DNA of 64,000 nucleotides from Escherichia coli (GTDB lineage Bacteria; Pseudomonadota; Gammaproteobacteria; Enterobacterales; Enterobacteriaceae): NCBI RefSeq assembly GCF_051903065.1, contig NZ_CP178438.1; one strand, 5' to 3'. Shown piece by piece: positions 35,233 to 46,399 of this stretch (position 1 is its first letter; each line of letters starts with the position of its first letter). The notes under the pieces were generated by a model. It saw only the letters and a program-made list of their open reading frames with translations, ran no database searches and was not told where the DNA came from. The position numbers and the translations under genes were made by a program.

Positions 35233-37218
35233 TTATGCGCGCTTCAGATAGCGTTTATACCAGCGTTCGAAGGCGACGGCGGGCATCGGTTTGGCAAACA
35301 AAAATCCTTGCCGCTCATTGATCCCATTCTTGGTTAAAAAAGCATCTTCCTTTGCACTCTCTACACCTTCGGCGATCACCTGAAGATTCAATGCCTGGGC
35401 CACAGCGACGATTGCCCGAACCAGTGACTGCGAGACAGGTTGTTTGTGAATATCTCGAACAAAAACCTGGTCAAGTTTGATGGCATCGATCGGAAAGCGC
35501 GCCAGTTGCGAAAGTGAAGAGTAGCCGGTACCAAAATCATCCAGATGCACTTGCGCACCTAGTTGGCTAAATTGTTGAATAACAGACAGTGCCAGTTCAT
35601 CATTCTCAATCAGACAACTCTCTGTCAATTCAACATCAATAGGGCAGTATTCAAAATTGAGTTCCTGGAGAACCTGTTTCAGGGCGGTGAAAATGGTTTG
35701 ATCGGCGAGCTGACGTGCAGAAATGTTTACCGCCACTCGCAGGTTAATGCCTTTATCCCGCCACTTCGCCACCTGGCGTACGACATCGAGAATCACCCAA
35801 CGGCCTAAAGGCACAATTAGCCCTGACTCTTCTGCGTAGGAAATGAAGTCCAACGGTGGAATCAACCCACGTTCAGGTGACTGCCAACGTACTAGTGCTT
35901 CCAGACTGCGCACTTCGCCACGCCAGGTGATTTTTGGTTGATAGTGAATAACCAACTGATCGTTTTCCAGTGCTTTACGCAAGTTGGTATCCAGCCAGAG
36001 ATATTCAAATACCCGTTGATTCATTTCTGGGGTAAAAACGCAAAATTGTCCTCGTCCGCCTTCCTTTGCTGTGTACATTGCTGTGTCGGCGTGACGAATA
36101 ATAGCCGCGCTGTCCGAACCATGTTCGGGAGAGAGTGCAATACCTACTGAACAGCTGGTATAAACTTCAATTAAACCAATGCGAAAGGGGAGCCGTAAGC
36201 GGGTCAAAATTCGTGATGCCATTGCTTCCAGCGCGCTTTGTGAGGTGTTGGATGCCAGTACCAGAAACTCATCGCCACCTGGACGCGCCAACACCTGGTC
36301 ATGTTCGAGACAGCTTAAAATAGCCAATGACACGTCGCGTAATAACTGGTCACCAAACAAATGCCCATAGGCGTCGTTGACCTTTTTAAAATTATCCAAA
36401 TCAAGATACACGACCCCAACTTTATTGTTATCTGCCTGATTAATAGCGTGATCGATTAACTCCTGCATTGCGTTACGATTCGGCAGTCCGGTGATACTGT
36501 CGGTATTTGCCAGAATACGCAGTCGTTCCTGAGCGCGGCGCTCTTCGGTAATGTCGGTGCCGGAACAGATTAAAAAAATCTCGTTTTTGCCACTGCCGCT
36601 GTGGACAAATTTATTGCGAAACAGAAACAGCCGCTGGCCTTTACGTGTTGGTATCCACAGTTCGACTTCATATGCATTGCCGCTTCGAAAAAATACACGG
36701 TTATTGCGCCTGGATGCCGCAGCTTCACGACGGCTCATAAACAGTTTAAACACGCTTTGCCCAATGACGTCGTGTTCGTTCAACCCTGTGTAATCTTCAC
36801 ATAACCGATTGAAGCGTTGGATATTCCCCCGGCTGTCGAGAATCACTATTGCGGAATGTGCTTCAGAAACTACCTGCTCAGCAAAGGAAAGTCCGTGTGA
36901 TAAATCACGAGCAACTGCTGGTGTGTCATGCCATGCAGACGCGTTGCCAGCCCATTCCCGTTTATTGATTTTTCGTCCTACCAGATGCACAGAAAGATCG
37001 CTCTCATCGACGGTCAGACTCATCATCAGGCTGGAGGTGATGACCGTCATTTCCCTGATGCGAGCAGCCTGTTCAGCAGATAACTGCAACGTACGTTCAG
37101 GTTCTGTGGTTTCGGTGGTAGAAAAGCGCAAAACATCGCTGCTTTCCGTCAACCGCCAGTATGGATTGTGCGATCCGAGAAAGTTGTACAACGTTGTGGA
37201 CTCCCTAACGGTTTTCAT
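35233..37218 (-). CDS. pdeR: c-di-GMP phosphodiesterase PdeR (PAS-GGDEF-EAL, 661 aa)
   Basis: GGDEF-like (GGDEF) and EAL motifs, PAS domain, length. Confidence 0.93.
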   Translation of the reverse strand: MKTVRESTTLYNFLGSHNPYWRLTESSDVLRFSTTETTEPERTLQLSAEQAARIREMTVITSSLMMSLTVDESDLSVHLVGRKINKREWAGNASAWHDTPAVARDLSHGLSFAEQVVSEAHSAIVILDSRGNIQRFNRLCEDYTGLNEHDVIGQSVFKLFMSRREAAASRRNNRVFFRSGNAYEVELWIPTRKGQRLFLFRNKFVHSGSGKNEIFLICSGTDITEERRAQERLRILANTDSITGLPNRNAMQELIDHAINQADNNKVGVVYLDLDNFKKVNDAYGHLFGDQLLRDVSLAILSCLEHDQVLARPGGDEFLVLASNTSQSALEAMASRILTRLRLPFRIGLIEVYTSCSVGIALSPEHGSDSAAIIRHADTAMYTAKEGGRGQFCVFTPEMNQRVFEYLWLDTNLRKALENDQLVIHYQPKITWRGEVRSLEALVRWQSPERGLIPPLDFISYAEESGLIVPLGRWVILDVVRQVAKWRDKGINLRVAVNISARQLADQTIFTALKQVLQELNFEYCPIDVELTESCLIENDELALSVIQQFSQLGAQVHLDDFGTGYSSLSQLARFPIDAIKLDQVFVRDIHKQPVSQSLVRAIVAVAQALNLQVIAEGVESAKEDAFLTKNGINERQGFLFAKPMPAVAFERWYKRYLKRA

Positions 37219-37407
37219 GATGCATATCCTCCGGTTAACAGCGGAGTCCGCGGTTAAATAAAAGGAACAACATGACTTACATGAAATTAACGGCGGCTAA
37301 ACACATTGTTTTTTTTATATATTTATTTGTAATCTAGTTTTGGAAAAACGCCAGTTTTCAAACGAAAGTCAGTTAAAAAACTGCCGGGATATGATGAAGG
37401 TAGAGCG

Positions 37408-37443
37408 GGGAAATAAACGGCCCATTCATAAGGAATGGGCCGT
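37408..37443 (-). terminator. rnb intrinsic terminator
   Basis: acggcccattc-ataag-gaatgggccgt, T-rich on the minus strand. Confidence 0.7.
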
Positions 37444-37452
37444 GAAAGGAGA

Positions 37453-39387
37453 TTACGCGACCGGGCGCGCAATAATGCTGCGGGTTTCCATGCGGACTTC
37501 GGCAATGGTGACGTCAATAACGTCAGTTACTTTATAAACCGTTTCACCTTTAATTTGTACGGTGCCGTTTTCCTGGCTGCAAACCAGTTCATCGCGCACA
37601 GCGTGTAAGAAAGGTGCCGGAATAAAGGCGATAGCGCCGTTATCAACCAAACGAACACGCATGCCGCCACGGCTGATATCGACAATTTCCGCTGCGAAAC
37701 GGGTGTCGGTCCCGGCTTTGTCTTTCAGGAAGCGTGCGTATAACCAGTCACCAACATCACGTTCTGCCATCCGGTTGAGACGGCGACGCTCGGCCATTTG
37801 GACAGTGATTTCATCCTGTGGACGCGTCGCAGTTTCACCTTTGATAACCGCTTTCAGCAGACGGTGGTTGATCATGTCGCCATATTTACGGATCGGCGAA
37901 GTCCAGGTGGCGTATGCCTCCAGACCGAGGCCAAAGTGAGGACCGGGTTCAGTGCTAATTTCAGCAAATGACTGGAAGCGACGAATGCGGCTGTCGAGGA
38001 AACCAGTTGGTTGCGCGTCCAGTTCACGACGCAGTTTGCAGAAACCGTCCAGCGTGAGCACTTCTTCGGCATCGACATGCAGACCGTGCGTTTTCAGCAA
38101 CGCTGCCAGCGCGTCGGCATTCGCCGGATCAAAGCCCATATGCACGTTATAGATGCCAAAACCGAGCTTATCGCGCAGTACGCGGGCCGCACAAATATTA
38201 GCGGCGATCATCGCTTCTTCGACGATACGGTTGGCAATGCGACGAGGCTCGGCGACGATATCCAGCACTTCACCTTTTTCACCGAGAATAAAGCGGTAAT
38301 CCGGGCGATCTTTAAACACCAGTGCGTGGTTATGACGCCACTCGCCGCGTCGTTGGCAAATTTGCGCTAGCAAACGGACTTGTTCGGCAATTGCTTCACT
38401 TTCAGGCTGCCAGTCACCGGTATTTTCCAGCCAGTCAGAAACCTGGTCATACACCAGCTTCGCTTTGGATTCGATGGTGGCGGCAAAGAATTCGATATTA
38501 TCTTCAATGGTGCCATCAGCGGAGAGCGTCATGCGGCATGCCAGTACCGGACGGACTTCATTGGCGCGCAGTGAGCAGAGATCGTCAGAAAGCTCGCGAG
38601 GAAGCATAGGGATGTTGAAGCCAGGCAGATAGTTGGTGAATGCGCGAATTTTCGCGGCTTTGTCCAGCTTGCTGCCTTCAGCAATCCACGCGGTTGGATC
38701 GGCAATCGCCACAATCAGCTGAAGTTTGTCATCCGGCAACGCCTTAGCGAAAAGGGCGTCATCCATATCTTCTGTGCTGGCACTGTCGATGGTGACAAAA
38801 TCCAGCGCGGTCAGATCTTCACGAACCAGACCTTCATCGAGCATTTCGGTAGCGACGCCGTCTGGTGCTTCTTTTTCCAGATTATGGCGCGCAAGTGTAA
38901 CCCACCACGGTACAAAGTGGTCGTCACCAAAAGTGATGTATTGTGTCAGTTCAGCATAGAAAGAACGATCGCCTTTCAGCGGATGACGGCGCATTTCGGC
39001 AACCGCCCAGTCGCCTTCTTTAAACTCGTGGTTCAGGCCACGGGCTGCGCGGCAAGGAATGGCGTCTTTTAAGAGTGGATGATCAGGAACGATGGCCAGA
39101 CGGTCATTTTTGCCCTGAACTTTACCCACGAAACGAGTCAGGAACGGTTCAACCAGTTCTTCTGGCTCTGCGGATTCACGTTCTTTTTCACTGTGGATCA
39201 CCGCGATAATTCGGTCGCCATGCATGACTTTTTTCATCTGCGGCGGCGGAATGAAATAACTTTTTTGCGCGTCGACTTCCAGGAAGCCAAAGCCTTTTTC
39301 TGTGGCTTTTACCACCCCTTCAGCGCGTGGCGTCTGGGAATGCAGTTGCTGTTTAAGCTGCGCTAGCAGCGGGTTGTCCTGAAACAT
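37453..39387 (-). CDS. rnb: exoribonuclease II (644 aa)
   Basis: RNB catalytic domain plus S1 domain; [16 protein letters not shown]…. Confidence 0.97.
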
Positions 39388-39454
39388 AATTGTCTATTTT
39401 GGTGGCCATTAGAGCGGCTGACAGTTTTACGCGAATCTGTCTGACGCGGCAAGG

Positions 39455-40582
39455 TTAATATGTCTCACCCAACGCGATTTTTAAGCGATTTATCCAGCCA
39501 CACAGCCCGCTCCATACCAGCAGATTAATAATCTGCGTTGATGATTTTTCGTGTTCGAGTAAAGGGCTGAACTGGGCGGCGCTAAAGCGATCGGGTGCTC
39601 GGGTCAGCCATTGTATCGCCTGAACGGTAGCGCGCTCAACAGAATGACGGTCAGCCCATTGGTTAATTTCATTTTCGCCCTTGCGCAGAAGGGTGCTGAT
39701 TTTTTTATATTCATTTGATGAATCCATACAGGTGGCAAAACAAGCAGGACTGCCATTTATACGCGCGCATAACAACGCCGCAAGCTGATTATCCGGCTGT
39801 GTATTGACCCGTGTGCTGTTTAACAACTTTTCGAGAAGGGAAAGTGAAATAGGGTGGAGAGAGAGTATTTCGGCCAGTTGGCAAAGTTCTGCAGTTGAAC
39901 TTTTTGTGTGCTCTTCAGGTAGTTTTTCCACCTCATAGCTGCTTCGCCAGCGTAATGATTCATCAGCAAACAGTGACGCGTCGGCGTAGTTTTGTATCTC
40001 CAGCCCGGGTAACCAGCGTACCGGATGCCCGAGATAAGCCTGAAATGTCGCAATTGTCCGCGCCTGAAAGCCAATAAAACCAATGATTTGGTTAATGATC
40101 ACACAGTCCCAGGCAGTAAGACCGACGTCATTCAGATGCTGGCGCGATCGGTTGTCGATAATAGAAGGCGAGCTAGCCAGTTGGCGGGCATATTGCGTGA
40201 TTTGTGCCAACCGATGATTACTTTCCCTGGTGGAATCAGGCCCGGGGAGCGGCGTAAGTCGCGCCGAATAGTAGTTACATAACCGCTGGACGCCGCAAAC
40301 CTGAGCAACCGTCAGGGCCGTCGACAAGCGTTCATAAGCGGTGAAGGTCTGTGAACGGGTCACGGTAAGCTGGTCAGGGAACAAATCCACTGCAAGAACA
40401 CGCGCAGGGTCCAGCCATGAAAGGAAGGGGGCCAGCGTTTCTTTTTCAAGGATCACGTCGAGTAGAAAGGGATCGCTGACCTTTGCGGCTTCCGGGACCA
40501 GAGGCAGAACGTCATACTCCGTAGTACTGGATTGCGTTTCATGATACCAGTGGCTTTTGCCGGTGATGTGGCGTTGTTCCAT
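39455..40582 (-). CDS. yciW: CMD-domain protein YciW (375 aa)
   Basis: Start at [14 protein letters not shown]; ORF track 39455..40660 has an upstream extension. Confidence 0.8.
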   Translation of the reverse strand: MEQRHITGKSHWYHETQSSTTEYDVLPLVPEAAKVSDPFLLDVILEKETLAPFLSWLDPARVLAVDLFPDQLTVTRSQTFTAYERLSTALTVAQVCGVQRLCNYYSARLTPLPGPDSTRESNHRLAQITQYARQLASSPSIIDNRSRQHLNDVGLTAWDCVIINQIIGFIGFQARTIATFQAYLGHPVRWLPGLEIQNYADASLFADESLRWRSSYEVEKLPEEHTKSSTAELCQLAEILSLHPISLSLLEKLLNSTRVNTQPDNQLAALLCARINGSPACFATCMDSSNEYKKISTLLRKGENEINQWADRHSVERATVQAIQWLTRAPDRFSAAQFSPLLEHEKSSTQIINLLVWSGLCGWINRLKIALGETY

Positions 40583-40725
40583 GGGCGCTCCTTGGTCGTA
40601 AAGGAAATCGTTATCCTGACGCAAGGCGGGAAGGGGAGAAAGACGGATCGGCGATAACAAATATCAGAAAGGTATAACAGAGATAACGGGCGGCACAACG
40701 CCGCCCATCTTTACCAACAGAACGA

Positions 40726-41514
40726 TTATTTCAGTTCGAGTTCGTTCATTGCAGCAATGCTGAAACCGCCGTCAACGTGGACCACTTCACCGGAGATACC
40801 GGCAGAGAGATCGGAGCACAGGAATGCCGCAGAGTTACCCACATCTTCAATAGTAACGGTACGGCGAATCGGGGTAACGGCTTCGCAATGAGCCAGCATT
40901 TTGCGGAAGTCTTTGATGCCGGAGGCCGCCAGAGTACGGATCGGACCAGCAGAGATGGCGTTAACACGCACACCTTCCGGACCCATCGCGTTCGCCATAT
41001 AGCGCACGTTCGCTTCCAGAGACGCTTTTGCCAGACCCATAACGTTGTAGTTCGGGATAGCGCGCTCAGCGCCAAGGTAGGAAAGGGTCAGCAGGGCAGA
41101 ACCCGGATTCAGCATGGAGCGGCAAGCTTTTGCCATTGCAACGAAGCTGTAGGAGCTGATGTCGTGAGCAATTTTGAAGCCTTCACGGGTAACGGCGTTA
41201 ACATAGTCACCATCCAGCTGATCGCCAGGTGCAAAACCAATAGAGTGTACGAAACCGTCAAATTTCGGCCAAACTTTCCCCAGTTCAGCGAACATGGTGT
41301 CGATGCTGGCATCTTCGGCAACATCGCACTGCAGAACGATGTCAGAACCCAATTGAGCGGCAAATTCTTCTACGCGGCCTTTCAGTTTGTCGTTCTGGTA
41401 GGTGAATGCCAGTTCAGCTCCTTCGCGGTGCATCGCCTGAGCGATACCGTAGGCGATGGACAGTTTGCTGGCAACACCGGTTACCAGAATGCGCTTACCG
41501 GAAAGAAAACCCAT
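40726..41514 (-). CDS. fabI: enoyl-ACP reductase (NADH) FabI (262 aa)
   Basis: [40 protein letters not shown]…. Confidence 0.97.
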
Positions 41515-41949
41515 AGCTTTAATCCTTATTGTTGATGCTTGTTTGCCTGAAAATCAGGCGATTCGTCGTTTTAGTAAACAGTACGAACAGATAAACGGTT
41601 ATTATAATCAACCTGGCTGTGGGTGGCTATAGTTGCGCTTTCTGTACCGGAGAGAAGCTGCGGTACAGAGCATTTTGCGTTATCTACTCTTGACGCCTGC
41701 AAGGGGTAGGTTGGGGAAATATCTTATAGAATCTGACTATGAAACTATTCGTATTAGCTCCGATAAGTTTGATGATGAAAACAGAACTGGCGACAACAAG
41801 TAGCTGCCTTTCTGATGAATTTACCCCAACTTAATATTGTCAACTATCTTCACAGAATCTCCACAATCTCTTCATTATCAGAATATGCACCATGGGTGAT
41901 GCTGCCAACTTACTGATTTAGTGTATGATGGTGTTTTTGAGGTGCTCCA

Positions 41950-42225
41950 GTGGCTTCTGTTTCTATCAGCTGTCCCTCCTGTTCAGCTACTGACGGGGTG
42001 GTGCGTAACGGCAAAAGCACCGCCGGACATCAGCGCTATCTCTGCTCTCACTGCCGTAAAACATGGCAACTGCAGTTCACTTACACCGCTTCTCAACCCG
42101 GTACGCACCAGAAAATCATTGATATGGCCATGAATGGCGTTGGATGCCGGGCAACAGCCCGCATTATGGGCGTTGGCCTCAACACGATTTTACGTCACTT
42201 AAAAAACTCAGGCCGCAGTCGGTAA
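41950..42225 (+). CDS. insA: IS1 InsA (91 aa)
   Basis: Identical protein to the copy 1 InsA. Confidence 0.95.
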
Positions 42226-42647
42226 CCTCGCGCATACAGCCGGGCAGTGACGTCATCGTCTGCGCGGAAATGGACGAACAGTGGGGCTATGTCGGGGCTA
42301 AATCGCGCCAGCGCTGGCTGTTTTACGCGTATGACAGGCTCCGGAAGACGGTTGTTGCGCACGTATTCGGTGAACGCACTATGGCGACGCTGGGGCGTCT
42401 TATGAGCCTGCTGTCACCCTTTGACGTGGTGATATGGATGACGGATGGCTGGCCGCTGTATGAATCCCGCCTGAAGGGAAAGCTGCACGTAATCAGCAAG
42501 CGATATACGCAGCGAATTGAGCGGCATAACCTGAATCTGAGGCAGCACCTGGCACGGCTGGGACGGAAGTCGCTGTCGTTCTCAAAATCGGTGGAGCTGC
42601 ATGACAAAGTCATCGGGCATTATCTGAACATAAAACACTATCAATAA
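42144..42647 (+). CDS. insB: IS1 InsB frame
   Basis: Identical to the copy 1 InsB. Confidence 0.9.
42199..42207 (+). other. IS1 programmed -1 ribosomal frameshift motif (TTAAAAAAC)
   Basis: A6C slippery run in the insA/insB overlap. Confidence 0.85.
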
Positions 42648-42662
42648 GTTGGAGTCATTACC

Positions 42663-45014
42663 AAAAGCCAGTCAGACAGCGCAGTTGTTCGTATAAAAGA
42701 TGTGGCTCGCGTTGAGATGGGCAGTGAAGATTATACCGCTATCGGCAAACTTAACGGTCACCCGTCTGCCGGGGTTGCTGTAATGCTTTCGCCCGGTGCG
42801 AATGCGCTGAATACGGCGACGCTGGTCAAGGATAAGATTGCCGAATTCCAGCGGAACATGCCGCAGGGATACGACATCGCTTACCCGAAAGACAGCACTG
42901 AATTTATTAAAATCTCTGTAGAGGACGTAATTCAGACGCTGTTTGAAGCCATCGTATTGGTGGTTTGCGTGATGTATTTATTCCTGCAAAACCTGCGTGC
43001 CACACTGATTCCGGCGTTAGCTGTCCCCGTCGTTTTGCTGGGCACATTCGGCGTTCTTGCGTTGTTTGGCTATTCGATTAATACCCTGACGTTGTTTGCA
43101 ATGGTGCTGGCGATCGGCTTGCTGGTGGACGATGCCATTGTGGTAGTGGAGAACGTCGAACGCATTATGCGTGACGAAGGGTTGCCCGCGCGTGAAGCCA
43201 CGGAAAAATCAATGGGCGAGATTTCTGGCGCACTGGTTGCCATTGCGCTGGTGTTGTCAGCCGTATTCCTGCCTATGGCCTTCTTTGGGGGATCTACGGG
43301 GGTAATTTATCGTCAGTTTTCGATAACCATTATCTCCGCAATGCTGCTTTCCGTGGTGGTGGCATTGACCTTGACTCCCGCCCTGTGCGGTTCCGTCCTC
43401 CAGCATGTTCCGCCACATAAAAAAGGCTTTTTCGGCGCATTTAACCGCTTTTACCGCCGTACTGAAGATAAATATCAGCGAGGCGTAATTTATGTCCTGC
43501 GCCGTGCTGCTCGAACGATGGGGCTTTATCTCGTACTGGGTGGTGGAATGGCCCTGATGATGTGGAAACTGCCGGGCAGTTTCTTACCCACTGAAGACCA
43601 GGGCGAAATCATGGTGCAGTACACGCTGCCGGCCGGGGCGACCGCTGCCCGTACAGCAGAAGTGAATCGCCAGATTGTTGACTGGTTCCTGATTAACGAG
43701 AAAGCAAATACCGATGTCATTTTTACCGTTGATGGTTTCAGTTTTAGCGGCAGCGGACAGAACACCGGGATGGCGTTTGTTTCGTTGAAAAACTGGTCTC
43801 AACGTAAAGGGGCAGAAAACACCGCCCAGGCTATCGCCCTACGGGCAACCAAAGAGCTGGGCACAATTCGTGATGCCACGGTATTTGCGATGACGCCGCC
43901 AGCCGTTGATGGGCTGGGGCAAAGCAATGGTTTTACGTTTGAATTGTTAGCTAACGGTGGAACCGATCGCGAAACACTACTGCAAATGCGTAATCAGTTG
44001 ATAGAAAAAGCGAATCAAAGTCCGGAGTTACATTCTGTTCGTGCCAATGATTTGCCACAAATGCCGCAATTGCAGGTAGATATTGATAGTAATAAAGCGG
44101 TGTCATTAGGGTTGAGTTTGAATGATGTCACCGACACCCTGTCCAGTGCGTGGGGCGGTACTTATGTGAATGACTTTATTGACCGTGGTCGTGTGAAAAA
44201 AGTCTACATTCAGGGCGACAGTGAATTTCGTTCCGCGCCGTCAGACTTAGGTAAATGGTTTGTGCGCGGTAGTGATAACGCCATGACACCATTCTCTGCT
44301 TTTGCGACCACCCGCTGGCTGTATGGACCGGAAAGACTGGTGCGCTACAACGGTTCTGCAGCCTATGAAATTCAGGGGGAAAATGCGACTGGCTTTAGTT
44401 CCGGCGATGCAATGACAAAAATGGAGGAACTGGCAAACAGTCTTCCTGCGGGAACAACCTGGGCCTGGAGTGGTTTGTCATTGCAGGAGAAACTGGCCAG
44501 CGGTCAGGCATTGAGTCTGTATGCAGTTTCTATTCTGGTGGTTTTCCTCTGCCTTGCAGCACTGTACGAAAGCTGGTCAGTCCCGTTCTCGGTCATTCTG
44601 GTGATCCCTCTGGGGCTTCTTGGCGCGGCGCTGGCGGCCTGGATGCGTGATTTAAACAACGATGTTTACTTCCAGGTGGCGCTATTAACCACTATCGGCT
44701 TGTCGTCGAAAAACGCCATTCTGATTGTGGAATTTGCTGAAGCGGCGGTTGCAGAGGGTTATTCCTTGAGTCGTGCGGCATTACGCGCGGCGCAGACTCG
44801 TTTACGCCCAATCATCATGACCTCGCTGGCGTTTATTGCGGGGGTAATGCCGCTGGCGATAGCAACCGGCGCAGGGGCGAACAGCCGCATCGCCATTGGT
44901 ACGGGCATTATTGGCGGTACGCTGACCGCTACGTTGCTGGCTATTTTCTTTGTTCCTCTGTTTTTTGTACTGGTGAAACGTTTGTTTGCCGGTAAATCGC
45001 GCCGTCAGGAGTAA
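42663..45014 (+). pseudogene. 5'-truncated RND multidrug efflux permease (AcrB/MexB family); only the C-terminal ~780 codons remain
   Basis: Open frame begins at the first base after the IS1 IRR; translation aligns to AcrB from about residue 255 to the C-terminus (conserved AIGLLVDDAIVVVENVER, FIDRGRVKKVY, LCLAALYESWS motifs); N-terminal TM1 and porter subdomain missing; GTG 42702 has no Shine-Dalgarno. Confidence 0.85.
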
Positions 45015-45017
45015 GTT

Positions 45018-46391
45018 ATGTTGCGTCGTTCTCTTATTTTTCTGGTGCTGTTGAGTGCGGGATGTGTCTCGCTCGATCCCCACTACAGCACGCCTGAATC
45101 CCCAATCCCGGCGACCTTGCCGGGAGCACAGGGCCAGGGAAAGGCAATCAGCCATGACTGGCAGCAGGTGATCCACGATCCCCGATTGCAGCAGGTGGTG
45201 ACTATTGCACTGAACAGTAACCGCGATGTGCAAAAAGCGATTGCTGATATTGACTCAGCACGGGCGCTCTATGGGCAAACTAATGCGTCGTTATTCCCGA
45301 CGGTGAATGCGGCCTTAAGTTCAACCCGCAGTCGTTCGCTGGCGAATGGTACGGAAACCACTGCCGAGGCTGACGGCACGGTGTCCAGTTTTACGTTAGA
45401 TCTGTTTGGTCGTAATCAGAGTTTATCTCGGGCGGCGCGAGAAACCTGGCTTGCCAGTGAATTTACAGCCCAGAACACCCGTTTAACGCTGATTGCTGAA
45501 ATCAGCACCGCCTGGCTGACACTGGCGGCCGATAACAGCAACCTGGCCCTGGCAAAAGAAACGATGACCAGTGCAGAAAACTCATTGAAAATTATCCAGC
45601 GCCAGCAACAGGTTGGCACGGCGGCAGCGACAGATGTCAGTGAGGCGATGAGTGTTTATCAGCAAGCGCGCGCCAGCGTTGCCAGCTATCAGACACAAGT
45701 GATGCAGGATAAAAATGCGCTGAACTTACTGGCAGGTACAACGCTTGAGGAAAATTTGCTACCGGGAACACTGGAAAGCCTGCCGGAACAGATGATAAGT
45801 CTGGTTCCTGCGGGAGTGTCATCTGACGTTCTGCTGCGTCGCCCGGATATCCAGGAAGCGGAACATAATTTGAAGAGCGCCAATGCCGATATTGGCGCGG
45901 CGCGGGCTAACTTTTTCCCGACGATTTCGCTGACTGCCAGCGCTGGTGTTGGCAGTGACGCATTGTCGTCGTTGTTCAGCCACGGAATGCAGATCTGGTC
46001 ATTTACGCCATCGGTCACATTACCGCTGTTCACTGGCGGAAGTAATCTGGCGCAGCTTCGTTACGCAGAAGCACAAAAGCGTGGACTCATTGCCACCTAT
46101 GAAAAAACCGTTCAGAGCGCATTTAAAGATGTCGCTAACGCACTGGCGCGGCGGACCACGCTTGAAGAGCAACTGGATGCACAGCGCCAGTATGTTAAAG
46201 CTGAGCAACAAACGGTCGATGTTGGCTTGCGTCGCTATCAGACGGGTGTTGGTGATTACCTGACCGTGTTGACGGCGCAGCGCAGCTTGTGGAGCGCACA
46301 GCAGGAGCTGCTGGCACTGCAACTGACTGATTTTACAAACCGAATCACGCTCTGGCAGTCGCTGGGCGGCGGCATGTCATCACTCAAGTAA
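45018..46391 (+). CDS. outer membrane factor lipoprotein, OprM/NodT family (457 aa)
   Basis: Lipobox LLSAGC signal; size and repeat architecture typical of TolC-superfamily OMF lipoproteins; AGGAG Shine-Dalgarno; ATG 4 nt after the RND stop. Confidence 0.8.
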   Translation: MLRRSLIFLVLLSAGCVSLDPHYSTPESPIPATLPGAQGQGKAISHDWQQVIHDPRLQQVVTIALNSNRDVQKAIADIDSARALYGQTNASLFPTVNAALSSTRSRSLANGTETTAEADGTVSSFTLDLFGRNQSLSRAARETWLASEFTAQNTRLTLIAEISTAWLTLAADNSNLALAKETMTSAENSLKIIQRQQQVGTAAATDVSEAMSVYQQARASVASYQTQVMQDKNALNLLAGTTLEENLLPGTLESLPEQMISLVPAGVSSDVLLRRPDIQEAEHNLKSANADIGAARANFFPTISLTASAGVGSDALSSLFSHGMQIWSFTPSVTLPLFTGGSNLAQLRYAEAQKRGLIATYEKTVQSAFKDVANALARRTTLEEQLDAQRQYVKAEQQTVDVGLRRYQTGVGDYLTVLTAQRSLWSAQQELLALQLTDFTNRITLWQSLGGGMSSLK

Positions 46392-46399
46392 GGAATAAT

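Larger units (their letters stand above)
41895..42662 (+). mobile_element. IS1 copy 2 (768 bp, complete, plus orientation, no target-site duplication)
   Basis: IRL ggtgatgctgccaacttactgat at 41895-41917, IRR …atcaataagttggagtcattacc ending 42662; flanks tgcaccatg / aaaagccag do not match; InsA and InsB identical to copy 1. Confidence 0.95.

Noticed and set aside
40777-41535. 252-aa ORF on the + strand
   Set aside because: Lies entirely antisense to fabI, whose protein is unmistakable; a long antisense open frame in GC-rich coding sequence, not a gene
41739-41834. 31-codon ORF (MKLFVLAPISLMMKTELATTSSCLSDEFTPT) between fabI and IS1 copy 2
   Set aside because: No convincing Shine-Dalgarno, could equally be promoter sequence; insufficient evidence
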